Positions 37,675 to 47,455 of a stretch of DNA of 64,000 bases are shown piece after piece; positions within the stretch are counted from its first letter, which is position 1; each line of letters begins with the position of its first letter. Under the pieces are notes generated by a model. The model had not been told where the DNA came from, ran no database searches, and was given only the letters and a program-made list of their open reading frames with translations. The stretch covers positions 49,309 through 113,308 of the forward strand of contig QIFC01000096.1 in the NCBI GenBank assembly GCA_003228685.1. The letters are read 5' to 3'. Position numbers and translations under genes: made by a program. Source of the DNA: Chloroflexota bacterium (lineage in GTDB: Bacteria > Chloroflexota > Dehalococcoidia > DSTF01 > RBG-16-68-14).

Positions 37675-38646
37675 CTAGAAGAGTGCCAACGCGGCGTCTG
37701 CTATCTGTTGGGGGTTGGGCAGCGCCGACTGTTCGAGCGCCTTCGCGTAAGGCATGGGGACGTCAGCGCCGCAGACGCGGGCCACCGGCCCGTCCAAATC
37801 GTCGAACGCCTCCTCCATGATGATGGCCGCGATTTCGCCAGCGAAGCCGCCGAACTTCCAGTCATCCTCGATCACGACAGCACGATGCGTCTTGCGCACC
37901 GACGCCACGATCGTATCCACGTCCAGCGGCCGCAGCGTGCGCAGATTGATCACATCCGCTTCGCGCCCAGCCTCTTCGAGAATATCGGCGGCGCCAAGCG
38001 TCTGGTACACGCTGCCGGAGTAGCCGATCAACGTCACGTCCGCGCCTTCGCGCATGACCTCGGCTTGGCCAAACGGGATCGCATAGTCCTCGTCCGGGAC
38101 CTCACCTTTTCGTGCGTAGAGTGCCGTGTGTTCGATGAAGATCACCGGGTTCTGTTCGTTAAAGGCGGTCTTGAGCAAGCCACGCGCATCGCGCGGTGTG
38201 TAGGGGACGACGACTTTGATCCCAGGTATGTGCGCATACCAGCCTTCCAGGCTCTGCGAATGTTGGCTTGAGAGCTGGCTGCCGGCGCCGCTCGCCATGC
38301 GGATCACCATCGGCACGTGTATCTGTCCAGCGGACATGTAGGAAAGCTTGGCGGCGTTGTTGACGATCTGGTCTAACGCGAGCAGGCTGAAATTGATCGT
38401 CATCAGCTCGACGATCGGACGGAGTCCGCCCATCGCGGCCCCGATGCCCGCGCCAACGACGACCGACTCGGAGATCGGCGTGTCCATCACGCGCTCCGGT
38501 CCGAACTCGTCGAACAGGCCCTTCGTCACAGAGTACGAACCACCGTACGCGCCGATGTCCTCACCCATAAGGATCACGTTCTCGTCAGCCTGCAACTCCT
38601 CTTGGAGCGTCAGGCGCAGCGCGCCGCGGAAGCTCATCTCGGCCAC
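37675..38646 (-). CDS. pdhB: Pyruvate dehydrogenase E1 beta subunit
   Basis: GEDIG, DTPISE, QHSQS, DVPMPYA. Confidence 0.93.
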   Translation of the reverse strand: MAEMSFRGALRLTLQEELQADENVILMGEDIGAYGGSYSVTKGLFDEFGPERVMDTPISESVVVGAGIGAAMGGLRPIVELMTINFSLLALDQIVNNAAKLSYMSAGQIHVPMVIRMASGAGSQLSSQHSQSLEGWYAHIPGIKVVVPYTPRDARGLLKTAFNEQNPVIFIEHTALYARKGEVPDEDYAIPFGQAEVMREGADVTLIGYSGSVYQTLGAADILEEAGREADVINLRTLRPLDVDTIVASVRKTHRAVVIEDDWKFGGFAGEIAAIIMEEAFDDLDGPVARVCGADVPMPYAKALEQSALPNPQQIADAALALF

Positions 38647-39644
38647 TAGCTGTCCTCCTTGTAGACGTGGGTATACAGCTCTTCGAGCTGCGGCACAGGG
38701 CTCTCCTCGGCAAAGCGCACGGCTTCATTCACGATGTCTTCGACTTCCGCCTCCAGCGTCTGGAAGGCGCCTTCATCGATTACGCCGTCTTCGGTCAGCG
38801 TCTTGCGGAACGTGATGATCGGGTCGAGTTCGCGCCACCGTTCCGTCTGCCCCCTGTCACGATAGGCTTCAGGGTCGGCCATGGAGTGGCCGCGGTAACG
38901 GAAGCAGATCGCTTCCAGGAATGAAGGTCCTTCACCCGCGCGGACGCGTTCTGCCGCCTTGAGCGTCTCGCCGTACATCTCCAGGACGTTCATGCCGTCT
39001 ACCTGCTTGGACGGCATGGCGTATGCCGCCGCTCGCTTGTAGATCTCGATCACGGCGGACACGCGCCGAATATCGGTGCCCATGCCGTAGAAGTTGTTCT
39101 CGCACATGAAGATGACGGGGAGCTTCCAGACGGCCGCTAGATTGAGCGACTCATGGAACTCACCCTCGTTCACGGCGCCGTCGCCGAAGAAGCAGATGAC
39201 GATGCGGCCATTCTTGAGCCGCTGGTTCGCGAGCGCTAACCCGCAGGCCAGGGGTAGGTGGCCGCACACGATCGCATAACCGCCCATGAATGACTTCTCT
39301 GTGTCGAAGAGGTGCATGGAACCGCCTCTACCGCCGCTGACGCCCGTTTCCTTGCCGAACAGCTCCGCCATGATGCGCCCCGGCTCAACGCCGCGGGCGA
39401 GCGCGTGCCCATGGTCGCGGTAGTGTGTCAGCAGCTGATCGTCATCGTTGAGGGCCGAGATCGCTCCGACCGCGACCGCCTCCTCGCCGTTGTAGAGATG
39501 CAAGAAGCCAGCGATCTTCTGCTTCGCGTACATCTCGGCCGCCTTCGTCTCGAATCGGCGGATCAGCATCATCTTCCGCAGCAGCTCAATCAACTGCTCG
39601 TTGGGTAGTTCTTTCGCGGGGGGCTTGTCGATTAGTTGTGTCAT
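38646..39644 (-). CDS. pdhA: Pyruvate dehydrogenase E1 alpha subunit
   Basis: GFLHLYNGEEA, GRGGSMH, GDGAVN, RYRGHSMADP. Confidence 0.95.
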   Translation of the reverse strand: MTQLIDKPPAKELPNEQLIELLRKMMLIRRFETKAAEMYAKQKIAGFLHLYNGEEAVAVGAISALNDDDQLLTHYRDHGHALARGVEPGRIMAELFGKETGVSGGRGGSMHLFDTEKSFMGGYAIVCGHLPLACGLALANQRLKNGRIVICFFGDGAVNEGEFHESLNLAAVWKLPVIFMCENNFYGMGTDIRRVSAVIEIYKRAAAYAMPSKQVDGMNVLEMYGETLKAAERVRAGEGPSFLEAICFRYRGHSMADPEAYRDRGQTERWRELDPIITFRKTLTEDGVIDEGAFQTLEAEVEDIVNEAVRFAEESPVPQLEELYTHVYKEDS

Positions 39645-41032
39645 CGTTCGTTCCAGAAATGGATCGCTTCGCCATCGACATCGAGGGCGGCTTCCTTGAC
39701 GATCTCGGATAAGGTCGGGTGGGCGTGCACGGCCCAGCCCAGTTCGCGAGGCGTCGTCTCCAGCACGCTGCCCAACGACGCCTCCGCCAGCAACTCCGTC
39801 GCGTCTTGGCCGATTAGATGGTAACCGACGATCTCGTTCGTCGATGCGTCGACGACGAGCTTTGCGATGCCGTCCGTCTTCTCCTTCGCGATCGCTTTGC
39901 CGTTACCACGGTAGGGGAACGTTCCGATCTTCACTTCCAGGCCCTGTTCGCGCGCTTGCGCCTCTGTGAGGCCCAGGCTGGCGACCTGTGGCTGGCAGTA
40001 CGTGCAGCGCGGCATCTTGTCGTAGGGGAGGGGCATGGGCGTCTGGCCGGCGATCGCCTCTGCCGCCGCGACGCCCTGCGCGGACGCGACGTGCGCCAAC
40101 GGGAGCTTGCCGGTCACGTCCCCGATGGCATACACGCCGGCGGCGGACGTGCGCATCGTGTCGTCGATTTGGATGAAGCTTCGCTCGACGGTGACGCCGG
40201 CGTCCTCAAGGCCGAGCTTCTCTGTGTTGCCGGCCATGCCGATGCCGATGAGGACCTTGTCCGCAGCCAACTGCTCAGCTTTACCGCCTACACTGATGGA
40301 GACCTCGGCGCGGCCGTCAGCGACGGTCACGCTCTCGACCTGCGCACCCGTGCGAAAGCCGATGCCTTGCTTCTTGAACGCGCGCTCTAGCTGGCTGCTG
40401 ATCGCCTCGTCCTCAAGCGGTAGGAGGTGGTCGAGCAGCTCCACGATCGTCACGTCTACGCCGTATGCGTTGTAGAAGTAGGCGAACTCGGCGCCGATCG
40501 GCCCTCCGCCGACGATGACGAGCGACTCCGGCGGCTCGCGCAGCTCAAGGGCTTCGCGGCTCGTGATCACGGTCGTCCCGTCGATCTCGATGCCCGGCAG
40601 CGCCCGGGCGTGCGCGCCGGTCGCAAGGATCACATTCTGAGCCTCAATGAGATCGCCGCCTTCGACGGCGATCGCCGTTGCGCTCTTCAGTACACCGCGG
40701 CCCGCGACGACAGTGACCTTGTTCTTCTTGAGCAAGAACTCGACGCCTTTCACCATGCGGTCGACGACCTTTCGGCTTCTGTCGATCGCCTGCGCCATAT
40801 CGATGTGCAGCGCGTCGTAGGTAATGCCGAAGTCCTTGGAGTCTTGGAAGAGATGCACCAGTTCGGCGTTCCAGAGGAGCGCCTTGCTCGGGATGCAGCC
40901 CCAGTTCAGGCAAAGGCCGCCGACTCGGTCCTCTTCGATCACAACGGCCTTCATGCCGAGCTGGGCGGCCCGGATAGCGGCGACATAGCCGCCGGGCCCA
41001 CCGCCGAGCACGGCCACGTCGTAGGCGGGCAC
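39641..41032 (-). CDS. lpdA: Dihydrolipoyl dehydrogenase
   Basis: GGGPGGY, CLNWGCIP, HAHPTLSE. Confidence 0.96.
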   Translation of the reverse strand: MPAYDVAVLGGGPGGYVAAIRAAQLGMKAVVIEEDRVGGLCLNWGCIPSKALLWNAELVHLFQDSKDFGITYDALHIDMAQAIDRSRKVVDRMVKGVEFLLKKNKVTVVAGRGVLKSATAIAVEGGDLIEAQNVILATGAHARALPGIEIDGTTVITSREALELREPPESLVIVGGGPIGAEFAYFYNAYGVDVTIVELLDHLLPLEDEAISSQLERAFKKQGIGFRTGAQVESVTVADGRAEVSISVGGKAEQLAADKVLIGIGMAGNTEKLGLEDAGVTVERSFIQIDDTMRTSAAGVYAIGDVTGKLPLAHVASAQGVAAAEAIAGQTPMPLPYDKMPRCTYCQPQVASLGLTEAQAREQGLEVKIGTFPYRGNGKAIAKEKTDGIAKLVVDASTNEIVGYHLIGQDATELLAEASLGSVLETTPRELGWAVHAHPTLSEIVKEAALDVDGEAIHFWNER

Positions 41033-41958
41033 TAGAGGATGCCTCCCGCAAGGCGGGCTTGTTTGTCAGCGTGGTAGGAGCTGCGGACGAGCGGCCCCGC
41101 TTCGACGTGTTGGAACCCCAGCTCTTTGCCCTGCGACACGAAGGGCTCGAACTCCTCGGGCGGGTAGTAGCGCTCGACCGCTAGGTGCTTGGCGCTCGGC
41201 CGCAGGTACTGACCAATCGTGACGATGTCGACTCGCGATTCTCGCAGATCGGCCATCACCTGAAAGACCTCGTGTTGCGTCTCGCCCAGCCCCACCATCA
41301 GGCCGGATTTCGTCCTTAGCGTCGGGTCCATGTCCTTCGCGGTGTTGAGCAGCTCCAGTGAGCGCTCGTATCGTGCCTTCGGGCGCACGTGGCCGTAGAG
41401 CCTGGGGACGGTCTCGATATTGTGATTGAGAACGTATGGCCGTGCCTCGACGATCGTCTCCAGGGCGTTCCAGTTGCCCATGAAGTCGGGAATCAGCACT
41501 TCGACATGGCAGACGGGGTTATCGTGCCTGATCGCGCGGATGCAGCCGGCGAAGATCGAGGCGCCCCCATCTGGTTGGTCGTCGCGGTTCACGGAGGTGA
41601 TCACCACGTAAGCGAGGCCCAACCGGCGCACGGCCTGCGCGAGCCGGAGTGGTTCTAGCATGTCGGGAGCGTTTTCTGGCCTGCCCGTCTTCACGGCGCA
41701 GAATCCACAAGAGCGCGTACACGTGTCGCCTAAAATCATAAACGTCGCCGTGCCATCGTTGAAGCACTCGCCGATGTTCGGGCAACTGGCCTCCTCGCAG
41801 ACGGTGTGCAGACCGCCTTCGCGGAGCAGGCCCTTAATCTCTTGGTAGCGCTCCCCGGCCGGAAAGCGTACCTTCAACCAAGAAGGCTTAGGCTCGCGAT
41901 TGGCGGTCCTCGTCCGCGGCTCCAGCGTCGGTGTTGTGTTCTCCAATGTCCTACCCAA
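41032..41958 (-). CDS. lipA: Lipoyl synthase
   Basis: CEEASCPNIGEC, CTRSCGFC, VRSSY. Confidence 0.97.
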   Translation of the reverse strand: MGRTLENTTPTLEPRTRTANREPKPSWLKVRFPAGERYQEIKGLLREGGLHTVCEEASCPNIGECFNDGTATFMILGDTCTRSCGFCAVKTGRPENAPDMLEPLRLAQAVRRLGLAYVVITSVNRDDQPDGGASIFAGCIRAIRHDNPVCHVEVLIPDFMGNWNALETIVEARPYVLNHNIETVPRLYGHVRPKARYERSLELLNTAKDMDPTLRTKSGLMVGLGETQHEVFQVMADLRESRVDIVTIGQYLRPSAKHLAVERYYPPEEFEPFVSQGKELGFQHVEAGPLVRSSYHADKQARLAGGIL

Positions 41959-42631
41959 CGAGCACGCCCTCCTCCTGCGGCTGGCGCATCTCGACGTCGA
42001 ACAGGCGTCCGAACGCTGCTGTGATCGAATCGATCACGCGTCCCATCTCCGGCGCGTCTCCGAGTTCGCGTGCCATGGATGTCACGGTCACGTCGGAAAG
42101 CCCGCAGGGAACGATGTGCGAGAAGTACGTGAGGTCCGGGTCGACGTTCAGCGCGAAGCCGTGGCTCGTGACCCCGCGCGAGATACGCACGCCGATGGCG
42201 GCGATCTTCGAATCGCCGGCCCAGACGCCCGGGCGGCCCTGCTCGCGCCGGCCGGCGATGCCGAACTCCGCGAGCGTCTCGATCAGCATCTGTTCGAGCG
42301 AGCGCACATACCAGCGCGGGCCTTCGTGCCACTGGTGCAGGTCCAGGATCGGATACCCGACGAGCTGGCCTGGCCCATGGTAGGTGACGTCGCCGCCGCG
42401 GTCAGTGCGCCGCACGGCCGCGCCGATCTGCTGGAGGCGCGCCTCGTCCGCAAGCAGATTGCCCGTATCGCCACGGGCGCCCAGCGTGTACGTCGGCGGG
42501 TGTTCAAGCAGCAGCAGCCTCGCGGCGCCGTCCTTGCGACATGCTTGGACGAGGCTCTGCTGCGTGGCGAGTGCGTCCTCGTACTCGACGAGGCCGAGTC
42601 GCTGGACGGAACAAGCTCTGGTGGATGTCAT
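41951..42631 (-). CDS. lipB: Lipoyl(octanoyl) transferase
   Basis: EHPPTYTLG, RGGDVTYHGPGQ, KIAAIG, IVPCG. Confidence 0.96.
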   Translation of the reverse strand: MTSTRACSVQRLGLVEYEDALATQQSLVQACRKDGAARLLLLEHPPTYTLGARGDTGNLLADEARLQQIGAAVRRTDRGGDVTYHGPGQLVGYPILDLHQWHEGPRWYVRSLEQMLIETLAEFGIAGRREQGRPGVWAGDSKIAAIGVRISRGVTSHGFALNVDPDLTYFSHIVPCGLSDVTVTSMARELGDAPEMGRVIDSITAAFGRLFDVEMRQPQEEGVLVG

Positions 42632-42754
42632 GCGGAACTCCTGCTCTAAATCGGCAGGGAGCAGCTAGGCGTCCCTGCCTTGATCGATCTTATCACAGAG
42701 CCTTCTCGGCAACTGTAGGGCGCTCACGTAAGGGTTCCACCGTGGCCGGCGCGC

Positions 42755-43192
42755 CTACTCGCCGACGATGATGCTGTCGATCACTCGCGGTTCGCTCATG
42801 ATCGTCTTGTGAACGGGGCACTTGCCTGCGATCTCGAGCAGGCGCGCCTTCTGCTCTTCGTTGATATGGCCGTGGAGTGAGATGTCTCGCTTGATCACGT
42901 CGACGCGGCGCGTGCCCTCCTCCGCATTCGCGCTGTCCTCCGCGTGTACTCGGTCGTGGGTGAGATGGACCGAGCACTCCGTGAGGTCCCAACCCCTGCG
43001 GCGGGCGTACATTAGGAGAGTCATCGCCGTACAGGACCCGAGCGCCCCGAGCAGCAGTTCGTACGGGCCGGGACCCAGTCCGTTGCCGCCGTCGCTGGCC
43101 GGCTCGTCGACGACGAACGAGTGACTCCCGGTCGTCACAAGCTGGCTATAGTTGTAGTCGGTGAGGTACTGGACAGTGACCTTGTTCTCCAT
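42755..43192 (-). CDS. OsmC family protein
   Basis: DEP...GG, GPYELLLGALGSCT, KCPVHKT; GGAGG RBS. Confidence 0.9.
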   Translation of the reverse strand: MENKVTVQYLTDYNYSQLVTTGSHSFVVDEPASDGGNGLGPGPYELLLGALGSCTAMTLLMYARRRGWDLTECSVHLTHDRVHAEDSANAEEGTRRVDVIKRDISLHGHINEEQKARLLEIAGKCPVHKTIMSEPRVIDSIIVGE

Positions 43193-43281
43193 TCGTGCCT
43201 CCCTGTAGCGGTGCGGTTCTAGGGGAAGCGTATCACGCAATCAAACGAGGGAGGGTGATCGACGTAACGGCTGACTGGGAT

Positions 43282-44256
43282 CTAGCGGCACCAGGTGAGG
43301 AAGATGGCGCTTTCCGCCGAGTCCACACGGTGAGTCGCGGTGCCATCAGCGTTGGTGACGTACACGCCGACGGTTAGATTGCTAGCGCGTGTTGCGGCGA
43401 CGGAAACTTGGTCGCCTGAAGGGCCTAGGGGTACTGGGGCGGTGAAGGCGAGCATCGCGCCATCGAGAGACAGCCGAGGATTGAGCGGTCCCCAGGCATC
43501 ATACCCGAGGAGTTCTACGGCAGGAGTTATTTCGATGGTACGGCTGTCGCCCCCGTCGGTGTTCACCAGGTGGATGTCTCTTCCGAGCGTGTAGATGATC
43601 TGCAATCCGTCCGGCGACCAGCCTACGACTTCGTGGGCTGTGGCACGCGTGAGATTCAACAGATCGCCACCCTCAATGCTGACCGTGTATATCTCCCGGT
43701 TTCCGTCGCGCGTCGATGTAAACGCGATCTGCTTCCCATCGGGCGACCAGCGAGGCTGACCATCGGGCCCGGTTGTTAAGCGGCGAAGGTTGCTGCCGTC
43801 GGCATCCATGAGCCAGATTTCGTTGAACGCTTCCCACGCGTCTCGCCAGACAAACGCGATGCTCTTTCCGTCAGGCGACCACGCGGGCTGGCCTGTCTCC
43901 AGACCCTTGGAAAGCTCGATGTTGCCTGAGCCATCAAGGTTCGCGGTGATTAGCGTGCCCATGACTTCGCCGCTCTGATCGTAGCCAGCTACGGCGTAGA
44001 TGATGGCCGTTCCGTCCGGAGAGCAATCGGCTGCTACCACGCCGGCTCCTGGACCGTCACCGGTCACAAATAGCTGCTCTTCACTCGAACCGTCCGCGCT
44101 GACGGCAAAGAGCGCCCGCGGCGCTGGGCTCTGACGGTAGTAGAGTACGCGCCCGGGTTCTGTACGCTCTTCCGGAACGGCTACTGGTGAGGAACTGCCC
44201 CCGCACGCGAAGAGCAGGAGTGCCATACCACCAAGGATGAGGATCGGCGCCCGCAT
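43282..44256 (-). CDS. TolB-like beta-propeller lipoprotein (PD40 repeats)
   Basis: Lipobox LFAC; repeated WSPDG motifs, STRDGNREIY. Confidence 0.85.
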   Translation of the reverse strand: MRAPILILGGMALLLFACGGSSSPVAVPEERTEPGRVLYYRQSPAPRALFAVSADGSSEEQLFVTGDGPGAGVVAADCSPDGTAIIYAVAGYDQSGEVMGTLITANLDGSGNIELSKGLETGQPAWSPDGKSIAFVWRDAWEAFNEIWLMDADGSNLRRLTTGPDGQPRWSPDGKQIAFTSTRDGNREIYTVSIEGGDLLNLTRATAHEVVGWSPDGLQIIYTLGRDIHLVNTDGGDSRTIEITPAVELLGYDAWGPLNPRLSLDGAMLAFTAPVPLGPSGDQVSVAATRASNLTVGVYVTNADGTATHRVDSAESAIFLTWCR

Positions 44257-44334
44257 GTCGTCATATGTACACCGCCGAGCGCGGCAAGGTTCCGATTCGC
44301 TCGTTAGAACCCACGCCTAGCCTGGCGTGGCGCC

Positions 44335-45381
44335 TCAGCGGCCGCGGGATTGCGCTTCGCGGATCGATTCCTTGATGCGCTCTTCGATTGGGGTGAAGGG
44401 GTTCATCTTGCCTGCCAGGTCGCGTAGCTTCTCGAAGTTCTCAGAGCCGGACGCCTGCTCTTCGGCCCACTGCTTCGCGAAGCTTCCGTCCTTGACCTCC
44501 TGAACCACCTTCCGCAGGTGCTCGCGGAGTGGCTCGCGGTCTAGCGCCAGGCTGCGCATCATGCCGCCGTACTGGCTGGTGCGTGAATGCAGCTTCGCCT
44601 GCTCGTAGAAACCCACGTCGGCCATCGCCTGAAGCGTTTCCGCCGCCTCGCCTGAGAGGTAGAGGTCCAGCGCCATCGCCTCAGCGGGAATGCCCGCCTC
44701 GATGCCGACCTCCAGCATCGTGTAGAACGTCATGCCCAGCAGCGAACCGAAGCCCTGCTCGTGGTAGAGGTCCAATATCGTCTCGTCCCTCGCCGAAAGC
44801 TCGAACGCGGCTCCTGGGCTTGAAAGCGTGCCGATGCCGGACGCCAGCGCCAGGAGCGTCTGCCAAGCGTTTCCACTTTCGTCCTGTTCCACCGACACGT
44901 AGCTGTAGAAGCCTTTGCCTTGTTCATACAGTTGGCGGAGCTGGCGTCCGATCATGCGCGGCGCCAGGAGCACGACGTCGACATCGGGCGGGAGGTCGAT
45001 CGCCTCGTACGTGACGTTGTAGCCGGAGGCCAGCACTAGCGTGTCGTGCTGGTGCAGGTGGGGTTGGATCTGTTCCTTGAATACTTCTGGCAACACCTCA
45101 TCAGGGACAAGCAGGAAGAGGATATCCGCCGCATCCGCGGCTTCGCCGACGGCTCGCGGTCTGAACCCGTCCGACTCGGCCTGTTGCCACGTGTCGTCGT
45201 GCGCGGTCCCGACGAAGATGTCGCAGTTGACCGACTCTGCCTGGAGTGTCTCGCTAAGGTTCAAGGCCTGAGCCCGCCCTTGGTTTCCGTAGCCGATGAA
45301 GGCGATCGCCCGGCCTTCGAGCAGCTTGACGTCGCCGTCGGCGGCGCCGAACGCCCGTAGCGGGGGGGCGGCCTCGTTCAT
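44335..45381 (-). CDS. Ketol-acid reductoisomerase-like protein (divergent IlvC family)
   Basis: GYGNQGRAQALN, LVPDE, DLYHEQ, HSRTSQYG; start overlaps the upstream stop (ATGA). Confidence 0.8.
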   Translation of the reverse strand: MNEAAPPLRAFGAADGDVKLLEGRAIAFIGYGNQGRAQALNLSETLQAESVNCDIFVGTAHDDTWQQAESDGFRPRAVGEAADAADILFLLVPDEVLPEVFKEQIQPHLHQHDTLVLASGYNVTYEAIDLPPDVDVVLLAPRMIGRQLRQLYEQGKGFYSYVSVEQDESGNAWQTLLALASGIGTLSSPGAAFELSARDETILDLYHEQGFGSLLGMTFYTMLEVGIEAGIPAEAMALDLYLSGEAAETLQAMADVGFYEQAKLHSRTSQYGGMMRSLALDREPLREHLRKVVQEVKDGSFAKQWAEEQASGSENFEKLRDLAGKMNPFTPIEERIKESIREAQSRGR

Positions 45382-45896
45382 CCCAGCGAAGCCGAACGCT
45401 CGGAGTGGCCGTTGCGGCGCAAGCACTTGTGGCCCGTTTCGTCGATCGGGCCACCGCAGAGGACGCAGACCGGGCGGCCTGCGTTGACGATCTCCTCGGC
45501 TCGCCGCGCGAAGGCGCGCGCTTGGCCCCGGCTAACCTGGCACGAAAAGGTCGGCGTACTGTCTTCATTCTCTGCCGCCTCCTGGTCGTACGCGAATATC
45601 GATATTGAGGTTGCCTGGTCATCGTGGCCGATCCCAAGGCGGCTAGGCCTGAAGTCGACATCGGGCATCTCTGGGAAGGAACCGCCCATGACAGGCTCCG
45701 GTTCGACCGGTTCCTCTGAGGGCTTGGTCTGCTCCAACAGCCGTCTCAGTGCGAGCGCAAGCGCCGCCACCTGCTCCTTCTCAAGCCATAGCGATGCCGA
45801 TTCAAGTCGCGCCATCACGCGAATACGAAACTGGCGATCGCCAGGCTCCCCAATCGCTTCCGGTTCGATGCTATCCGCGCGGCCAAAGTCCCACAT
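45378..45896 (-). CDS. DUF3090 family protein
   Basis: IGEPGDRQF, LEKEQV..L, GRPVCVLCGGPID..GHKC..NGH. Confidence 0.85.
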   Translation of the reverse strand: MWDFGRADSIEPEAIGEPGDRQFRIRVMARLESASLWLEKEQVAALALALRRLLEQTKPSEEPVEPEPVMGGSFPEMPDVDFRPSRLGIGHDDQATSISIFAYDQEAAENEDSTPTFSCQVSRGQARAFARRAEEIVNAGRPVCVLCGGPIDETGHKCLRRNGHSERSASLG

Positions 45897-45917
45897 TGCC
45901 GGTCTATTGTACGACGA

Positions 45918-45978
45918 GGCCCCTTTTGGGCCAACATGGGCCCCTTCTGGGCCAACATGGGCCCCTTCTGGGCCAACA
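45918..45978. repeat. 21-bp tandem repeat (~3 copies) in a divergent intergenic region
   Basis: GGCCCCTT(T/C)TGGGCCAACATG units at 45918, 45939, 45960. Confidence 0.9.
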
Positions 45979-46006
45979 GGCAGTGATCGAAGGACGTTGA
46001 GCGCCT

Positions 46007-46456
46007 ATGATGAGGACGATGAAGACGAGAGTAGAGATCTCCGCCGGAGGAGTGATGTATCGAGGTACGGCTGGCGGCCCCGAAGTCTGCCTGATCCAGA
46101 CTCAAGGTGGCAAGGCTTGGCAACTCCCCAAAGGTATCGTCGAGCGTGGGGAGGAGACCGCCGAAGCCGCGATGCGGGAGGTCTCCGAGGAAACCGGCCT
46201 ATACGGCGACCTGATCCAGAGCCTTGACAAGATCGAGTACTGGTACGTGTGGAACGAAGACGCCGGTCCCGTTCGCGTACATAAGTGGGTCTACTTTTAC
46301 CTGTTGCGCTATACGAAAGGGGATACGCGCGATCACGACCACGAGGTTGACGACGCAGTCTGGTTCCCGATAGAAGAAGCGCAGTCACTCTTGTCGTTCG
46401 ATAGCGAGCAGAAGGTGCTGCGGCAGGCGGGTGAAGCGCTGGCGGCCGAACGCTAG
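46007..46456 (+). CDS. NUDIX hydrolase
   Basis: SAGG, LPKGIVERGE...AAMREVSEETG Nudix box; start uncertain. Confidence 0.92.
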   Translation: MMRTMKTRVEISAGGVMYRGTAGGPEVCLIQTQGGKAWQLPKGIVERGEETAEAAMREVSEETGLYGDLIQSLDKIEYWYVWNEDAGPVRVHKWVYFYLLRYTKGDTRDHDHEVDDAVWFPIEEAQSLLSFDSEQKVLRQAGEALAAER

Positions 46457-46830
46457 TCGGCTGGCGCGTCTTCGAGCAGCGGCTCCCCGTTGCCCTCCAC
46501 GGCCGCCTTGAGGTTGGCTAAGCCGACGACGAGGCCCATTTCGTAGTTGATGTCTGATCTCCCGAATGTGATCATCTGAAAGACCGCATATCTCAGCCCT
46601 TCTGGATGCATCGTCGCGACCACTTCCGTGTGGTCGTCTCGTGGAATTAGCCGGTAGGAGATGTGTGCTTCAATGCCGTCTTGGAACTTGACGCGAAGCG
46701 CCAGGTACTCGTTGATGATCGATTCCTCGACTTCATAGACATCTTCTTCCGCCAGGTTGATCTCCCTGGTGAGCGCGTCCCAGATCTTCGGGGGCTCGGC
46801 GTTAATGGCGAATGCCTTTTCGACGGCCAT
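46453..46830 (-). CDS. Hypothetical protein, possibly SRPBCC-like
   Basis: INAEPPKIWDALT...LANLKAAVE pattern. Confidence 0.6.
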   Translation of the reverse strand: MAVEKAFAINAEPPKIWDALTREINLAEEDVYEVEESIINEYLALRVKFQDGIEAHISYRLIPRDDHTEVVATMHPEGLRYAVFQMITFGRSDINYEMGLVVGLANLKAAVEGNGEPLLEDAPAD

Positions 46831-46868
46831 ATTGCATTATAGCCACCGGGAGATGCGGACTCCTCGTG

Positions 46869-47069
46869 TTAGGCGTCGTTGGGGGTGTCGCAGCAGCCCC
46901 GGCGACGGAGGCCTTGCGTGATTACGTCCAGGCCGTGGAGCGCTTGATCGCGTTCGCCCTCAAGGTCCTTGATCCGCCGCTGCAAGGTGTGGAGCATCGT
47001 CTCTCGTTCGCTGCAGAGCGTCTCAAGCTGCTCGTAGCTGAGGTGATCTTCATCCCTATACGGGTGCAT
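46869..47069 (-). CDS. Small coiled-coil hypothetical protein
   Basis: MHPYRDED...LQRRIKDLEGERDQ; start uncertain. Confidence 0.45.
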   Translation of the reverse strand: MHPYRDEDHLSYEQLETLCSERETMLHTLQRRIKDLEGERDQALHGLDVITQGLRRRGCCDTPNDA

Positions 47070-47455
47070 GACAACAACTTGAACGTCCCTTATGGCGAGA
47101 CGTTTCTCCCGTATCCGCGCCAAACCCAGCACTCAGCTGCTAGCTAGTGACCTATGGCTGGGAATTAGGGCGTTCCCTGACGGTTTGTCGCTCAAGTTCT
47201 GCGGTTATTGGCCGAGAAGCCCCTGACAGCCCGCGACAGGATGTCGCCGGTGAGAGCCATGGCGCAGGAGGCGCCAAGCTAAGAGTGAAGCTCATCGTCA
47301 CTGACTCCACCACAACGAAGAACGTCGCATCGCCGAGGTGGTCGAAGAGATCCTGCGGCCGGTGCTCGACGTCATCTCAGTCGAAGGGGCGATGCCGATA
47401 GGCGGGGCGGCCATGGTCAACAGAATCGAGAACGTACCTGCGAGGAGGGACAATC

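Noticed and set aside
45918..45978. Mini-CRISPR
   Set aside because: Units are directly adjacent with no unique spacers
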